Shown here one piece after another: positions 30,912-42,712 of a stretch of 64,000 nucleotides of DNA. The notes under the pieces are model-generated. The model was not told the DNA's origin and did no database searches. It saw only the letters and a list, made by a program, of their open reading frames with translations. How positions within the stretch are numbered: position 1 is the first letter of the stretch; each line of letters opens with the position of its first letter. The stretch comes from an uncultured Gammaproteobacteria bacterium. Lineage in GTDB: Bacteria > Pseudomonadota > Gammaproteobacteria > JACCXJ01. The translations under genes and the position numbers were made by a program. The stretch spans positions 32,001 through 96,000 of the forward strand of contig CAVXTM010000005.1 of the NCBI GenBank assembly GCA_963764725.1. Direction: 5' to 3'.

Positions 30912-31644
30912 TGATGAGCCGCTCGCGCGCGAGCGGCTCGCCTCACTGGTCCGCGAGCTTGCGGTCGGTGAGGTCGTGGGAGAAGCGGGAAACGGGATCG
31001 AGGCCTTGACCGCCGTTGCGGCGCATGCGCCGCAGCTCGTGCTGCTCGATATCCGCATGCCCGGCATGGACGGGTTGGAGGCGGCGCAACATATGGCCTA
31101 CTATGAGCCTTCCCCGGCGGTGATCTTTACGACGGCCTTTGGTGATTATGCGCTTGAGGCTTTCGAGGCCAGTGCCGTCGATTATCTTTTGAAACCGATC
31201 CGTAAGGAGCGGCTTTTACAGGGACTACAGCGAGCCAGAGTACTAAGCCGGGGTGCGCTCGATATCCTCAAGGAGCGGACCGGTCCGACTCGAGGCCGAA
31301 CCCATCTGAGCGCCCCAGTAGGCGGCAGCCTGAGGCTTGTGCCCATGGATGAGGTGCTTTATTTCCAGGCAGATGAGAAGTACGTCACGGTAGTTTGGAC
31401 GGGTGGAGAGCTCGTCATCGAGGAGCCGCTAAAAACCCTGGAGGCCGAATTCGGCGAGCGGTTCCTCCGCATCCACCGCAATGCTTTGGTATCCCTCTCC
31501 CGAGTCGAAGCCCTGGCGCGCGATGGTGTGGGTGGCTTAGCTGTTAAATTGCGCGGGACAGAAAAGCGGTTGCCGGTCAGCCGCCGGCTCAGCGGTCAGG
31601 TGCGCCGATGTCTTAAATCGATGAGAAGGGCTGAGAGCTTGTGA
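30877..31644 (+). CDS. algR: LytTR response regulator AlgR
   Basis: ILIVDDEPLARERL, LLDIRMPGMDG, DYLLKP, FLRIHRNALV, VSRR. Confidence 0.9.
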   Translation: MNAPKMRILIVDDEPLARERLASLVRELAVGEVVGEAGNGIEALTAVAAHAPQLVLLDIRMPGMDGLEAAQHMAYYEPSPAVIFTTAFGDYALEAFEASAVDYLLKPIRKERLLQGLQRARVLSRGALDILKERTGPTRGRTHLSAPVGGSLRLVPMDEVLYFQADEKYVTVVWTGGELVIEEPLKTLEAEFGERFLRIHRNALVSLSRVEALARDGVGGLAVKLRGTEKRLPVSRRLSGQVRRCLKSMRRAESL

Positions 31645-31821
31645 AAAAACCTGCTGCGCTCGAAATCTCGCGTTCCGGCGGTGCTCGGAATCCTCATGTA
31701 TGGCAATATACACTCCGGTTCCTGCGCTCCGGCGGAAAACCAGGGCCAGGGTGGCCCTGCTTGGCGCGTCGAGGATGCACCGCAACCTTCCTTCGCTCGC
31801 GACGGTTTTTTCACAAGCTCT
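31634..31821. mobile_element. MITE (188 bp) with perfect 18-bp terminal inverted repeats
   Basis: AGAGCTTGTGAAAAAACC (31634-31651) / GGTTTTTTCACAAGCTCT (31804-31821); internal TGTAT-GGCAAT-ATACA hairpin. Confidence 0.85.
31737..31779. repeat. Hairpin module, copy 2 (inside MITE)
   Basis: CCAGGGCCAGGGTGGCCCTGCTTGGCGCGTCGAGGATGCA; matches 11386-11430. Confidence 0.85.
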
Positions 31822-31840
31822 TAGGGAAGGCTTGCCGGAT

Positions 31841-32248
31841 TCAAGGCTCGCGTTTCAGTTTAGCTTTAAGATCGGCGAAAGGCTTAAACGTGGCCGATCC
31901 CTCCGGTTCGGGGCCGAGAGTCATTCCCTCGCCGAGAACCGCGTCCGTGTATCGGGCGTGCTCGTTGTCGTGGCAGTAGCGGCACAAAAGCTCCCAATTG
32001 CTGCCGTCCGGCGGGTTGTTATCGTGGTTATGATCTCTGTGATGGACGGTTAGGTCTTGCACGGTTTCAGTGGTAAAGCCGCGCCCGCAGCGCGTGCAGA
32101 CCCAGGGGTAAAGGCGCAACGCTTGTTCACGGTAACCCTGAAGCCGCTGATCGTGCTCGTCGCGGGCTCGGGTTACGATTTCGTTGAGCTTTTCTTGGTT
32201 AAGGGCCCCGCGCACGGGCCGTGGCGGTCGGGAATGTGTCGTAGCCAT
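31841..32248 (-). CDS. yajD: YajD family HNH nuclease
   Basis: YREQALRLYPWVC..C, LTVHHRDHNHDNNPPDGSNWELLC.YCHDNEH. Confidence 0.93.
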   Translation of the reverse strand: MATTHSRPPRPVRGALNQEKLNEIVTRARDEHDQRLQGYREQALRLYPWVCTRCGRGFTTETVQDLTVHHRDHNHDNNPPDGSNWELLCRYCHDNEHARYTDAVLGEGMTLGPEPEGSATFKPFADLKAKLKREP

Positions 32249-32345
32249 ACGCCCTCGCTTGAATTGAATATTTCTATAACTATAGCCGATGGGAGTCGTT
32301 CGGATCGCTATGCTCGTCGCGGACTGCCCTCGCCCGAATCTCCCG

Positions 32346-33377
32346 TTATCCGTCCGCGAGCGGTTGCTTACATCGGTTATTCAGCCACTGGATGACGATG
32401 TGAGTCAAAGCGATGCGCCGGCTCGAAAACACATGATCAGTGTCCAGCGTCTTCACCGTAAGATCTCCGTGTCCGCTTTCGCGTAACGCCTCGACCAGCG
32501 GTTCGTGATGTTGATCGAGGGGAAGGATGGTGTCGCCTTCAGCTCCGATGAGTAACAGCGATTTACCCGCTAGCCTCGGGACGAGCCTGCGCAGATCGTA
32601 ATCGCGCGCGTGCGCCATCCAGCGCGCGACTGCGGCTTGGCCACTTTGGCCCACGATGGCGTTCGCATCGTCGATGTAATAGGCGAGTTGCGAGGCGAAC
32701 TCGGCGCTTTGTTGGGCCAGCTCGCCGAACTTCCCGAGATTGGCGCCAGCGAGCGAAGCTCCGCAGCGGACCCGCGGATCGCCGGCCAAAACCTCGAAAG
32801 AGACATACCCGCCCATGCTGTGACCGATGACGGCAAGGCGAGCGGGATCCGTGCGGTACTTCCGGAGAAATTCGGCTGATCTCATAAACGCCACCACGGC
32901 GTGAGTGTCCGCAATGGCGTGGTCTATCGAAAACCGTCCTTCGCTGCCCCAGGAGCCGCGATAGTGAAAAAAGAGCACGTTCCAGCCGGCGCGGCGGATC
33001 GACTGGGCCAGATCCAAGTTTCTCTCGTTTCCTGGATAACCATGCAACAAGATAACGGCCGGGTGCGGCCCCGGGCCCTGCGCGACATAAACTATGCCGC
33101 TGAGCTTGGCGCCCTGGCTACGGATCACGACCGGCTCCATCGCTGGGGGGTAGGCCGGATCGACGGTCGCGGGATCCATGAACACGGGATCGAGCTCCGT
33201 GCTTGGGACGGGTGTTTGGCACCCGGCCCCGGCGACAGTACTTAGTGTAATCGCGACTAGGGCATTCCGATAGCGATACGCGTGGCGCATTGGCGTGGTG
33301 AAAGGCTTATTGTTCAGGGAAATATATCTTCTATAAAATTGAGCCGCAATGAATCTCTTAGGGACGGTGTTTTCCAC
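32346..33377 (-). CDS. Alpha/beta hydrolase, probable lipoprotein
   Basis: LLHGYPG, YRGSWGS, GHSMGG, DH; start probably downstream of the tracked ATG. Confidence 0.85.
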   Translation of the reverse strand: MENTVPKRFIAAQFYRRYISLNNKPFTTPMRHAYRYRNALVAITLSTVAGAGCQTPVPSTELDPVFMDPATVDPAYPPAMEPVVIRSQGAKLSGIVYVAQGPGPHPAVILLHGYPGNERNLDLAQSIRRAGWNVLFFHYRGSWGSEGRFSIDHAIADTHAVVAFMRSAEFLRKYRTDPARLAVIGHSMGGYVSFEVLAGDPRVRCGASLAGANLGKFGELAQQSAEFASQLAYYIDDANAIVGQSGQAAVARWMAHARDYDLRRLVPRLAGKSLLLIGAEGDTILPLDQHHEPLVEALRESGHGDLTVKTLDTDHVFSSRRIALTHIVIQWLNNRCKQPLADG

Positions 33378-34464
33378 CCTGGCGACACCCGCCGTCTGGC
33401 GCGCGGGCTTTTCCGCGACCGAAGTTGAATCTGGTCGGAAGGTGCAGCGGATCGCCTCTTTGGTTGCGGTCGCGCTGTTCGCGGCGCTTTCGCTTAGCGC
33501 GTGCGGCGCGCCTGCACGATTGTCCGTCCTGCCTCAAGTCACCCGGCCGATGTTGGAGCCGATGCACGCGGTGATGCCGGATGGAGTCTTGCTGCCATCG
33601 CAGGCCTGGGTGCCGCCCGGGCCGGTGGTGGCCATGGTTCTCGGGCTGCACGGATTCAACGAATATAGCCATTCTTTCACGGCCGTGGGTCCTTACCTCG
33701 CCTTACACGGTATCCTCACCTATGCATACGACCAGCGCGGTTTCGGCGCCACCGCGCGTCCTGGGATCTGGGCGGGCAGCGAGCGCCTCGTCGCGGATGT
33801 TTATGAGCTTACGCGCTTGCTTCGACGGCGCCACCCGGGTGTTCCGCTTTACCTTTTAGGTGAAAGCATGGGCGGGGCGGTCGCGATGGTGGCCCTGACG
33901 CGGCCCAGCCCCCCAGAGGTCGACGGTGTGGTGCTGATGGCGCCGGCGGTGTGGGGACGGCGTTTATGGAATCCGTTCATGCGGGCGACTCTGTGGGTGA
34001 TGGCGAATACCTTTCCGGATCTTACGGTCACCGGCCGGGGGCTCAAAGTTCGTCCCTCGGATAACGATGCCATGCGGGCGAACCTGTCCCGCGATCCGCT
34101 GGTCATCAAGGCGACGCGGTTCGACGCCATCGCCGGGCTGAGCGATCTCATGGATGAGGCTTTGGCGGCGGTTCCCCGCCTCAGGCATCCGTCGTTGATC
34201 TTGTACGGCGCCCACGATCAAATCATTCCGAGGTCCTGCTTCGAGCGCTTTGTCGAGGGGCAAGCGGCGGCGCACGATTGGCGGCTTGCGTGGTATCCCC
34301 AGGGTTACCATATGTTGGCCCGCGATCTGCGCGCCTCGGTGGTGCTCAACGATATCGCGAGTTGGATCCTAAACCGCGCGGGCGCGCTGCCCTCGGGGCA
34401 CGAGTGGTTTCCATCCGAAGCGAATAGGTCACTTCTGACAGGCGCGGCGCCCGCTTTGCGCTGA
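33349..34464 (+). CDS. Lysophospholipase-like alpha/beta hydrolase
   Basis: LHGFNEY, YDQRGFG, GESMGG, YHML; lipobox LSAC; start uncertain. Confidence 0.85.
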   Translation: MNLLGTVFSTLATPAVWRAGFSATEVESGRKVQRIASLVAVALFAALSLSACGAPARLSVLPQVTRPMLEPMHAVMPDGVLLPSQAWVPPGPVVAMVLGLHGFNEYSHSFTAVGPYLALHGILTYAYDQRGFGATARPGIWAGSERLVADVYELTRLLRRRHPGVPLYLLGESMGGAVAMVALTRPSPPEVDGVVLMAPAVWGRRLWNPFMRATLWVMANTFPDLTVTGRGLKVRPSDNDAMRANLSRDPLVIKATRFDAIAGLSDLMDEALAAVPRLRHPSLILYGAHDQIIPRSCFERFVEGQAAAHDWRLAWYPQGYHMLARDLRASVVLNDIASWILNRAGALPSGHEWFPSEANRSLLTGAAPALR

Positions 34465-34631
34465 CAGGGCAGAGTAATCGATCCTAGCGTTTGACAGCAT
34501 GCCGTGAGATAGGTAACGTCGTCGTCGCGATTTACCTGGCAGTTTGTCTACTTGAAGATGCGGATTTACGCGAACCATTAGGATCAACCGTTAAGGCTTT
34601 CTTCAGATACTGGAGTTTTCCGAGACAAGCG

Positions 34632-35843
34632 TTGGATACGAGATTTCCTAGGATCGAGCGGTTACCGCCGTATGTGTTCAGCAGCGTCCAGGAGCTCAAG
34701 ATGGCGGCGCGCCATCGGGGCGAGGACATCATCGATTTCGGGATGGGAAACCCGGACCAGGCCGCGCCGCAACATATCATCGATAAGTTGGTCGAAGCCG
34801 CTCAGCGCGCCGATACCCATCGCTACTCCACGTCGCGCGGGATCCCGCGTCTGCGCAAGGCGATCTGCGATTGGTATAAACGCCGCTACGATGTTGACCT
34901 GGACCCGGAAACGGAGGCCATCGTGACCATCGGATCCAAGGAAGGATTGGCGCATCTGTCCATGGCCATCGTCGATGAGGACGATACGGTACTGGTGCCG
35001 AATCCCGCCTATCCGATCCATCCGTTTGGCTTTATCATCGCCGGCGCCGACGTGCGGCATGTACCCATCGGGCCGGGGATCGATTTCTTCGCGGAATTAC
35101 AGAAGGCTATCCGCGACTGTTGGCCGAAACCGAAGCTGCTGGTCCTCAACTTCCCGAGTAATCCGACCACCCAATGCGTGGAGCTGCCGTTTTTCGAGCA
35201 CGTCATCGCCATCGCGCGCGAGCACGGAATTTGGGTCATTCAAGACCTCGCCTACGCGGACTTGGTTTTTGATGGTTATCAAGCGCCTTCCATCTTGCAA
35301 GTGCCGAGCGCCAAGGACATCGCGGTGGAGTTCTTTTCGCTCTCCAAGAGCTATAATATGCCGGGTTGGCGCGTAGGTTTCATGGTGGGTAATCCCTTCT
35401 TGGTGAAAGCATTGGCCCGGCTCAAGTCGTACTTGGACTATGGAACTTTCACCCCGATTCAAGTAGCTGCCATCGCGGCCTTGGAAGGGCCGCAGGACTG
35501 TCTTACCGAGATCCGTCACATGTACTGGCGCCGCCGCGACGTGCTCTGTGACGGCCTCAACGCTGCCGGCTGGAGCGTCGAGAAACCGCGCGGGACCATG
35601 TTCGTATGGGCGCCGATTCCGGAGCCTTATCGGGACTTGGGTTCCTTGGAGTTTTCCAAGAAACTTCTCTTGGAAGCTAAGGTGGCGGTCTCGCCCGGGA
35701 TCGGTTTTGGCGAGTACGGCGATCAGTACGTACGCTTCGCGCTCATCGAGAACGAGCACCGGACCCGGCAGGCGATCCGGGGGGTCCGCGAGATGCTGCG
35801 CAAGGGCAATGCCTTGCCGGTGCGTTCAGTCCATGGCTTGTAG
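34632..35843 (+). CDS. alaC: Alanine transaminase (class I PLP aminotransferase)
   Basis: [39 protein letters not shown]; upstream of hom-thrC. Confidence 0.92.
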   Translation: MDTRFPRIERLPPYVFSSVQELKMAARHRGEDIIDFGMGNPDQAAPQHIIDKLVEAAQRADTHRYSTSRGIPRLRKAICDWYKRRYDVDLDPETEAIVTIGSKEGLAHLSMAIVDEDDTVLVPNPAYPIHPFGFIIAGADVRHVPIGPGIDFFAELQKAIRDCWPKPKLLVLNFPSNPTTQCVELPFFEHVIAIAREHGIWVIQDLAYADLVFDGYQAPSILQVPSAKDIAVEFFSLSKSYNMPGWRVGFMVGNPFLVKALARLKSYLDYGTFTPIQVAAIAALEGPQDCLTEIRHMYWRRRDVLCDGLNAAGWSVEKPRGTMFVWAPIPEPYRDLGSLEFSKKLLLEAKVAVSPGIGFGEYGDQYVRFALIENEHRTRQAIRGVREMLRKGNALPVRSVHGL

Positions 35844-35895
35844 CTTCATGGCCAGCCGGTCACGCTGGAACCGCGTATACACAACGGATTGTTGA

Positions 35896-37215
35896 GTGCA
35901 GGATTTGAATCCCGTACAAGTCGGGCTCCTCGGGCTCGGAACCGTGGGCGGCGGGACCATCCAGGTCTTGCGCCGGAACGGCGATGAAATCACGCGCCGC
36001 GCCGGAAGAGCGATTGAAGTCACCTGCGCGGCCGCGCGCGACCTCGATAAACCGCGCGGCCTGCCTCTCGATGGGATTGCAATAGGTAGCGATCCTCTGA
36101 CGGTCGTTAACGATCCCGAGATCCGGATCGTGGTCGAATTGATCGGCGGCGTGGAGCCGGCCCGTACCCTGGTGCTCAAGGCCATCGCGAACGGCAAGCA
36201 CGTAGTAACGGCAAACAAAGCCTTGATCGCGATCCACGGTAACGAAGTGTTCCGAGCCGCCCAGGAGCGCGGCGTGATGGTGGCCTTCGAGGCGGCCGTG
36301 TGCGGCGGAATACCGATCATCAAGGCGATCCGCGAGGGGCTAGCCGGGAACCGCATCGAGTGGCTCGCCGGGATCATCAACGGGACCGGGAATTTCATCC
36401 TCACCGAGATGCTGGATAAAGGCCGTGATTTCGAGACCGTGCTGCGCGAGGCGCAACGCCTCGGCTACGCCGAGTCAGATCCGGCCTTTGACGTCGAGGG
36501 CATCGACGCCGCGCACAAGCTCACGATCCTGGCCGCGATCGCCTTCGGCATTCCCCTGCAGTTCGACAAGGTGTATAGGGAGGGGATTAGCCAAATCACG
36601 CAGGCTGACATTGATTACGCGGAGCAACTGGGTTACCGGATCAAACACCTCGGGATCGCGCGCGATGCCGGAGACGCTATCGAGCTGCGGGTGCATCCGA
36701 CCTTGGTGCCGCGGCGGCAACTGCTTGCCAACGTCATGGGGGTGATGAACGCGGTGCTGATCAAGGGCGATGCCGTCGGCCAGACTTTGTATTACGGCGC
36801 TGGCGCCGGCGCCGAGCCGACGGCCTCGGCCGTGGTGGCCGATCTCGTGGACGTGGTGCGAACGCTCACCTCCGATCCGGAGAACCGCGTACCGCATCTG
36901 GCCTTTCAACCGGCCGCTCTGTCGAACCGCCGCGTGGCTGCCATGGACGCCGTCGCTACGGCCTATTACTTGCGCATGCACGCGGTGGATCAGCCGGGCG
37001 TCTTGGCGGACATCACGCGGATCTTTGGTGATCTGCGGATCAGCATCGAAGCGATTCTGCAGAAGGAGCCGATGCCTGGCGAATCGCATGTCCCCATCAT
37101 TTTCCTAACGCACCGGGTGCGGGAGCGCTCTATGAACGCGGCCATCGAGCGCATCGAAGCTTTGGGGTCGGTTACAGGCCGGGTGACGCGCATTCGCCTG
37201 GAGACGTTCGCTTAA
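35896..37215 (+). CDS. hom: Homoserine dehydrogenase
   Basis: [30 protein letters not shown]-terminal ACT domain. Confidence 0.97.
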   Translation: MQDLNPVQVGLLGLGTVGGGTIQVLRRNGDEITRRAGRAIEVTCAAARDLDKPRGLPLDGIAIGSDPLTVVNDPEIRIVVELIGGVEPARTLVLKAIANGKHVVTANKALIAIHGNEVFRAAQERGVMVAFEAAVCGGIPIIKAIREGLAGNRIEWLAGIINGTGNFILTEMLDKGRDFETVLREAQRLGYAESDPAFDVEGIDAAHKLTILAAIAFGIPLQFDKVYREGISQITQADIDYAEQLGYRIKHLGIARDAGDAIELRVHPTLVPRRQLLANVMGVMNAVLIKGDAVGQTLYYGAGAGAEPTASAVVADLVDVVRTLTSDPENRVPHLAFQPAALSNRRVAAMDAVATAYYLRMHAVDQPGVLADITRIFGDLRISIEAILQKEPMPGESHVPIIFLTHRVRERSMNAAIERIEALGSVTGRVTRIRLETFA

Positions 37216-37231
37216 ATTTCGAAATCAGAGC

Positions 37232-38302
37232 ATGACGCCCTACGCCGGACTCATAGACCGTTACCGCCAGCGCTTGCCGATCAGCGATGCTGCGCGCATC
37301 ATCAGCCTCTGCGAGGGGAACACGCCGCTCATCCGCCTACAGAATATTCCCGAGCTCATCGAGCGCGATGTCAAACTGTATGTCAAATACGAGGGGCTGA
37401 ATCCGACTGGTTCTTTCAAAGACCGGGGGATGACCGTGGCCGTCACCAAGGCGGTGGAGGAGGGCAGCCGCGCGGTGATCTGCGCCTCGACGGGGAACAC
37501 CTCCGCTTCCGCGGCGGCCTATGCCGCCCGTGCGGGGATCGCGGCGTTCGTGTTGATCCCCGAAGGTAAGATCGCGCTCGGAAAGCTCGCGCAGGCCATG
37601 ATGGCGGGTGCGGTCGTGTTGCAGATCCGGGGGAATTTCGATGCCGGGATGCACCTGGTCAAGGAGGTCGCAGCGCGGGCGCCCGTGACCATCGTCAATT
37701 CCATCAATCCCTACCGTTTGCAGGGACAGAAAACCGCGGCGTTCGAGATCATCGAAGCGCTCGGGCGGGCGCCGGATCTCCACTGCATACCGGTCGGTAA
37801 CGCCGGTAACATCACCGCCCACTGGATGGGCTACAAGGAATATGCCGGCGATGGCCTTGCGAAGACCTTACCGCGGATGTGCGGCTACCAAGCGAGCGGC
37901 GCCGCGCCGTTTTTACGCGGACATTTCGTCGATGGTCCGGAAACGGTGGCGACCGCTATCCGCATCGGACACCCGCAATCCTGGGATCAGGCTTGGCAAG
38001 CGAATAAGGAATCCGAGGGATGGTTTGATGAGTTGAGCGATGAGGAGATCCTAGCGGCCCAAAAGCTTCTCGCGGAGAGGGAGGGCATTTTCTGCGAACC
38101 CGCTTCGGCGGCCTCGGTCGGCGGAGCCTTGCGCGATCTCGCAAGCGCTAAGATCCCTCCCGGGAGCCTGGTCGTTTGCACGCTCACGGGCCACGGCCTC
38201 AAGGATCCCGACATCGCGATCCTGCAAAGCGGCGCCAGGCGCGTGAATGTCGATGCCACGCTGGCGGCGGTGGAGCGGGCGATTATGGACAATATGACTT
38301 AA
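37232..38302 (+). CDS. thrC: Threonine synthase
   Basis: [41 protein letters not shown]. Confidence 0.97.
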   Translation: MTPYAGLIDRYRQRLPISDAARIISLCEGNTPLIRLQNIPELIERDVKLYVKYEGLNPTGSFKDRGMTVAVTKAVEEGSRAVICASTGNTSASAAAYAARAGIAAFVLIPEGKIALGKLAQAMMAGAVVLQIRGNFDAGMHLVKEVAARAPVTIVNSINPYRLQGQKTAAFEIIEALGRAPDLHCIPVGNAGNITAHWMGYKEYAGDGLAKTLPRMCGYQASGAAPFLRGHFVDGPETVATAIRIGHPQSWDQAWQANKESEGWFDELSDEEILAAQKLLAEREGIFCEPASAASVGGALRDLASAKIPPGSLVVCTLTGHGLKDPDIAILQSGARRVNVDATLAAVERAIMDNMT

Positions 38303-40506
38303 GGGAATCCTAAATTTAGCGTTCCCTTAAGCTTATGCAATTGTACCGGTGGCTGACATGTCATCTTCCAGCAGCGGTGGATGTGCGGCCGCCGGACGAA
38401 ATCCAGAGAAATCGTGTCCCGGGTGATGTCTTGGATGTCGATCCCGGGCGAGGAAAACCGCAGCTTGAAATGCTTGCTGTTGGTTGAGAAAAGCAGCACG
38501 CCGTCGGCGCTCAGAAGCTTGAGCGCATCCTTGATCAGCGCCTCGTGATCGCGTTGGACATCGAAGGTTCCGGCCATGCGCTTCGAGTTGGAGAAGGTCG
38601 GCGGGTCGAGGAAGATGAGGCCGTAACGTGCTTTGCGTTGCGCTGCCTCCTGTATCCATTCCAGGCAGTCTGCCTGAATAAACGCATGCGGGCCCATATC
38701 GATTCGATTCAAGTTGAAATTGCGCCGCGCCCACTCGAGGTAGGTGTGCGAAAGATCGACTGTCGTCGTGCTCGCGGCACCCCCCAAAGCCGCGTACACG
38801 CTGGCGGCGCCCGTATATGCGAACAGGTTCAAAAAATGCCGCCCGGCCGCCAGGGCCTTGACGAAGGCGCGCGTGGCGCGATGATCGAGAAACAGGCCGG
38901 TGTCGATATAATCGGTGAAATTCACCGCAAAGCGATAGGCACCCTCATTGACAGTCACGAAGCGTCCTTCCTCGGCGAACTTCGTATACTGCGCCCGGTC
39001 CTTTTGCCGTTGGCGTAGCTTGAAGAACACCCGGTTCTCCGGTACGCCGGTGAGATCGGGGATCACGGCGAGGGCGGCGTCACGCCGTGCCGCCGCCTTG
39101 AGCGCGTCCACGGTGGGCGGGGGCGCGTACTCCTGCACATAAACCCAAGACTCCTCGCCCCCATAGAAGTCGATCGCTAAGGCGTACTCGGGTAAGTCGG
39201 CGTCATAGAGCCGGTAACATTCGACACCCGATCGCCGTGCCCAGCGGGCCAGCGAGCGCATATTCTTGCGGAGACGATTCGCAAACATCTCGACGCTCTG
39301 CCCCGCCAAGCTTGCCGGGCGCGTATCCGGCAGCTCGATTGGGGGAGTGGCGGCGCGCGCGGAACAGTGAAACAACGTCAAGGAGCACTCGAGGCCGCCG
39401 TTGTACAGCAGGATGGATCTGCTTGCATCCATCCGTAGCCGATAGAGAAGCTTGGTGTTCTCCGTGAATACCGCCGCGTCCCAGCCCGAAAAATTGCGCC
39501 TGAGCGTGTCACCGATCTCGGCATAGAGCCGCGGCAGCTCGCTATCGCCTCCGACTCTGCGTCCGTACGGCGGGTTAACCACGATTAATCCAGGCGTTGG
39601 CGCATTGGGCGGGGCAACTTGCAGTTCTTGCCGTGTGAATTGAATGACGCCGGCTATGCCCGCGCGCTCGGCGTTCTTGCGCGCGGACGCTACCGCACGC
39701 GGGTCGCGGTCGTACCCGGTGATCGTCGGCATGTTCTTGATGCCTTCCTGTTTGCGAGCCTGAGCCTCGTTCTGCAGCCGCTCCCAAAGTGCCCGATCGT
39801 GGCCGCGCCAAGCGAGAAACCCGAAATACCCGCGGATGAGACCCGGTGCGATGTCCGCGGCGACGAGGGCCGCTTCGATCGGAAGGGTGCCCGAGCCACA
39901 CATCAAATCCATGAACGGTTGGCCCTCGGCCGCGCGCTGGGGCCAGTCCAAAAGCAAAAGGATCGCGGCGGCGAGGTTCTCTTTTAACGGCGCCAGCATG
40001 GCGTCGTCGCGGTAGCCCCGCCGGTGCAGGCCCTCGCCGGAGAGATCAATGCTTACCGTGGCCTCGTTTTTAAATAGGTAAACGTTAATGCGTAGATCGG
40101 GCCGGTCTAAAGCGACCGTCGGTCTTGATCCGAAAAGATCGCGGAATTGGTCGACGATCGCATCTTTGACCTTGAGCGCTCCGAAATGCGAGTGGGTGAG
40201 GAACGAGTCGGCGCTATTCATATCGACCGCAAACGTATTGTCAAGGCCAAAGTGTTCGTGCCAGGCGATCGCGCGCACGCCGTCGTACAGCGCTTCGGGA
40301 TCGGAGGCCGGAAAACGGCCGAGCTGTAATATGACCCGCGATGCGACGCGCGACCAAAGGCAAGCGCGGTAGCCGGTTTCAAGCGTGCCCGCGAAGGCCA
40401 CGCCCGCCGATTGAACGCGGATCTTGGTGGCGCCGAGCGCTGTCAGCTCCTGTGCCAGAAGAGCTTCCGTCCCTTTCGGTGTGCTCGCGAAAAAACGTAG
40501 GATCAA
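38299..40506 (-). CDS. rlmKL: Bifunctional 23S rRNA methyltransferase RlmKL
   Basis: THUMP domain, [42 protein letters not shown]. Confidence 0.97.
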   Translation of the reverse strand: MILRFFASTPKGTEALLAQELTALGATKIRVQSAGVAFAGTLETGYRACLWSRVASRVILQLGRFPASDPEALYDGVRAIAWHEHFGLDNTFAVDMNSADSFLTHSHFGALKVKDAIVDQFRDLFGSRPTVALDRPDLRINVYLFKNEATVSIDLSGEGLHRRGYRDDAMLAPLKENLAAAILLLLDWPQRAAEGQPFMDLMCGSGTLPIEAALVAADIAPGLIRGYFGFLAWRGHDRALWERLQNEAQARKQEGIKNMPTITGYDRDPRAVASARKNAERAGIAGVIQFTRQELQVAPPNAPTPGLIVVNPPYGRRVGGDSELPRLYAEIGDTLRRNFSGWDAAVFTENTKLLYRLRMDASRSILLYNGGLECSLTLFHCSARAATPPIELPDTRPASLAGQSVEMFANRLRKNMRSLARWARRSGVECYRLYDADLPEYALAIDFYGGEESWVYVQEYAPPPTVDALKAAARRDAALAVIPDLTGVPENRVFFKLRQRQKDRAQYTKFAEEGRFVTVNEGAYRFAVNFTDYIDTGLFLDHRATRAFVKALAAGRHFLNLFAYTGAASVYAALGGAASTTTVDLSHTYLEWARRNFNLNRIDMGPHAFIQADCLEWIQEAAQRKARYGLIFLDPPTFSNSKRMAGTFDVQRDHEALIKDALKLLSADGVLLFSTNSKHFKLRFSSPGIDIQDITRDTISLDFVRRPHIHRCWKMTCQPPVQLHKLKGTLNLGFP

Positions 40507-40573
40507 TCCAGTTCTCTTGCGTTGGATTATTCAGCGATAGACTCATCGATTGCACAATACTGCGCATTCTAAT

Positions 40574-40679
40574 GTAGCAAGCCCGGAAGGAGCGCAGCGG
40601 ATTCCGGGGAATCAGGTAGGGCGATCCGTTATCATTTCCCGGATTCCGCCTTTTGTGGGGCTTCATTCGGGCGCTCTAC
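40574..40679. repeat. Inverted pair of GTAG-type REP-like palindromes
   Basis: GTAG..CCCGGA-AGGAGCGCAGCGGAT-TCCGGG ... CCCGGATTCCGCC..TTCATTCGGG..CTAC. Confidence 0.65.
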
Positions 40680-40741
40680 ACCCACCCCGACCTCCATGGC
40701 AATGCCGAACGACTCCGGAAACTCAAGCCATCAAAAAAAAA

Positions 40742-42120
40742 GGCTCTTCGGGAGAATTTGTGGGTAGATATGGGGTGGTTGACTAGAGGTTCAGCATCCC
40801 GCTCGGAATCTTTGGTTAGATGGAAGTGTGAACTTTTCATCGACCAGAGGGAGGGGAACGGGATGCAACTCAAGACTATCCTCAATCGCGTCGAGAAATC
40901 AAGTCGTTCGTGTACGGGGAGGCACGTGGGTGGAGGAAGCAGCGCGCCCCCGGCTGGAAGTGGAACTCCATCCACGGGCCAACGGCCGGCCGATCTGCTC
41001 GGGCTGTGGCCGAAGGGGGCCCGGTTACGATCGGTTGCCGATGAGGCGTTTCGAGTTCGTGCCGCTGTGGGGCATGACGGTGTTTTTCGTGTATGCGCTG
41101 CGGCGTGTGGACTGCCCCCGTTGCGGCGTGAAGGTGGAGCGCCTGCCTTGGGCGATGGGCAAGCACCCACTGACCGAGGCCTATGCGTGGTTTCTGGCCG
41201 GTTGGGCGAAACGGCTCTTTTGGCGGGAGGTGGCCGAGGCCTTCCAGACGACTTGGGAGGCGGTGTTCGCTGCAGTAGAACACGCGGTCCTGTGGGGCCG
41301 GGTGCACGTAGATCTCTCGGGCATTGACAGCCTGGGCATCGATGAGTTGGCTTGGGGACGGGGGCATCGGTACCTGACCATGGTCTACCAGATCGACGCC
41401 CGGTGTAAGCGGCTGCTGTGGATGGGCGAGAAACGCACGGTCAAGACGCTGTTGCGTTCCTTCCGTTGGCTGGGCAAGGAACGTAGCGCTGGCCTGCGCT
41501 TCATTTGCTCGGACATGTGGAAACCCTACCTCAAGGTCATCGCCAAGAAGGCGGGGCAGGCCATCCACGTGCTGGATCGCTTCCATATCATGGCGAATCT
41601 GAGCAAGGCGATGGACGAGGTGCGTGCCCAGGAAGCCCGGGGGCTCAAGGCCGAAGGCTATGACCCAGTGCTGACCAACACGCGCTGGCTCTTGCTCAAA
41701 CGCCCCGAGAACCTCACCGAGAAGCAAGAGACTAGACTCGCCGATCTGCTGCGCTACAATCTGCGCTCCGTGCGGAGCTATCTGCTCAAGGAGGACTTTC
41801 AATTCTTCTGGTGCTATACCTCGCCGTATTGGGCGGGGCAATTTCTCGATCACTGGTGCACACGTACGATGCGCTCGAAGCTCGAGCCAATGAAGAAGAT
41901 CGCTCGAATGCTGCGGGGTCATCGCGCGCTGCTGCTCAACTGGTTCCGCGCCAAAGGGCAGATCTCCAGGGGCGTGGTCGAAGGATTCAACACCAAGGCA
42001 AAACTGACCACCAGAAAAGCCTACGGCTTTCGAACCTATCATGCACTGGAAGTGGCTTTGTATCATACCCTTGGCGCTCTACCCGAGCCGCAGTTCACCC
42101 ATAGATTCTGCTGAGGAGCC
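40742..42120 (+). mobile_element. ISL3 family insertion sequence
   Basis: Imperfect inverted repeats GGCTCTTCGGGAGAATTTGTGGGT / ACCCATAGATTCTGCTGAGGAGCC; 8-bp poly-A target duplication. Confidence 0.95.
40863..42114 (+). CDS. ISL3 transposase (5' frameshift near 40900)
   Basis: CxxC..CxxC zinc finger, GIDE, CSDMW, LDRFH, VEGFNTKAK..RKAYGFR. Confidence 0.93.
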
Positions 42121-42299
42121 AAAAAAAAGGCTTTGTTTAACTCGATCGGTGCCATGTTCCAGTTCCAAGGTGGCATTTCCGACAGTGACAAGGAGAGAGT
42201 TTTCGCGGCTTTGCAGAAGGGTCGCCACATTACTGTTGGCGAAAATGGCCGTGTTACTTATCCAGAGGTCTCAATAGTGTCCGACACGTTTCATAGTGA

Positions 42300-42331
42300 G
42301 TAGGGCGGAAGCCCCGCAGGGGCGTTCCGCC
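42300..42331 (+). repeat. GTAG-family REP upstream of RAYT
   Basis: GTAG-GGCGGAA-GCCCC-GCA-GGGGC-G-TTCCGCC; same family as 49277 and 49550. Confidence 0.8.
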
Positions 42332-42360
42332 GTATGAATGAGAGGTAATAAGGTTGACTG

Positions 42361-42551
42361 ATGCCGGACTATCGCCGTTTTCGCGTCCCCGGAGGCGCAT
42401 TTTTTTCACCATCAACCTATTGGAGCGCCGAGCCGATTTGCTGGTGCGGCATATCGAGCTATTGCGGGAGGCGGTGAGGCGTACGCGGGCCGAGCGACCT
42501 TTTCATGTCGTGCCTGGGTCGTGGTGCGAACTCCCATCTACGGAACTGTAA
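42361..42551 (+). pseudogene. REP-associated tyrosine transposase (RAYT), N-terminal fragment
   Basis: MPDYRRFRVPGG..FFTINLLERRADLLVRHIELLREAV..RPF; frameshifted, truncated before HUH motif. Confidence 0.85.
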
Positions 42552-42712
42552 AGGCCACGCATGCCCAAAAGTGGCCGACTAGAAATTGGCGTCTCACAGG
42601 CTTCGCAAGGAACTGCAAGCATTGTCCGAGACGAAGAACGCAGTTACTCGGAAGCCACCCAGACAAACTATAGAGAGGAGGACAATGATGATCACAATGA
42701 GAAAGCGCACGA

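Larger units (their letters stand above)
40692..42290 (+). pseudogene. C-terminal ORF remnant interrupted by ISL3
   Basis: Removing the IS and one target-site copy gives RLRKLKPSKKKALFNSIGAMFQFQGGISDSDKERVFAALQKGRHITVGENGRVTYP; resembles a small winged-helix C-terminus. Confidence 0.45.

Noticed and set aside
31841-32248. YajD HNH as a defence or homing nuclease
   Set aside because: Widespread conserved chromosomal gene in an ordinary context.
40882-42066. 394-aa minus-strand ORF
   Set aside because: Antisense shadow of the ISL3 transposase.
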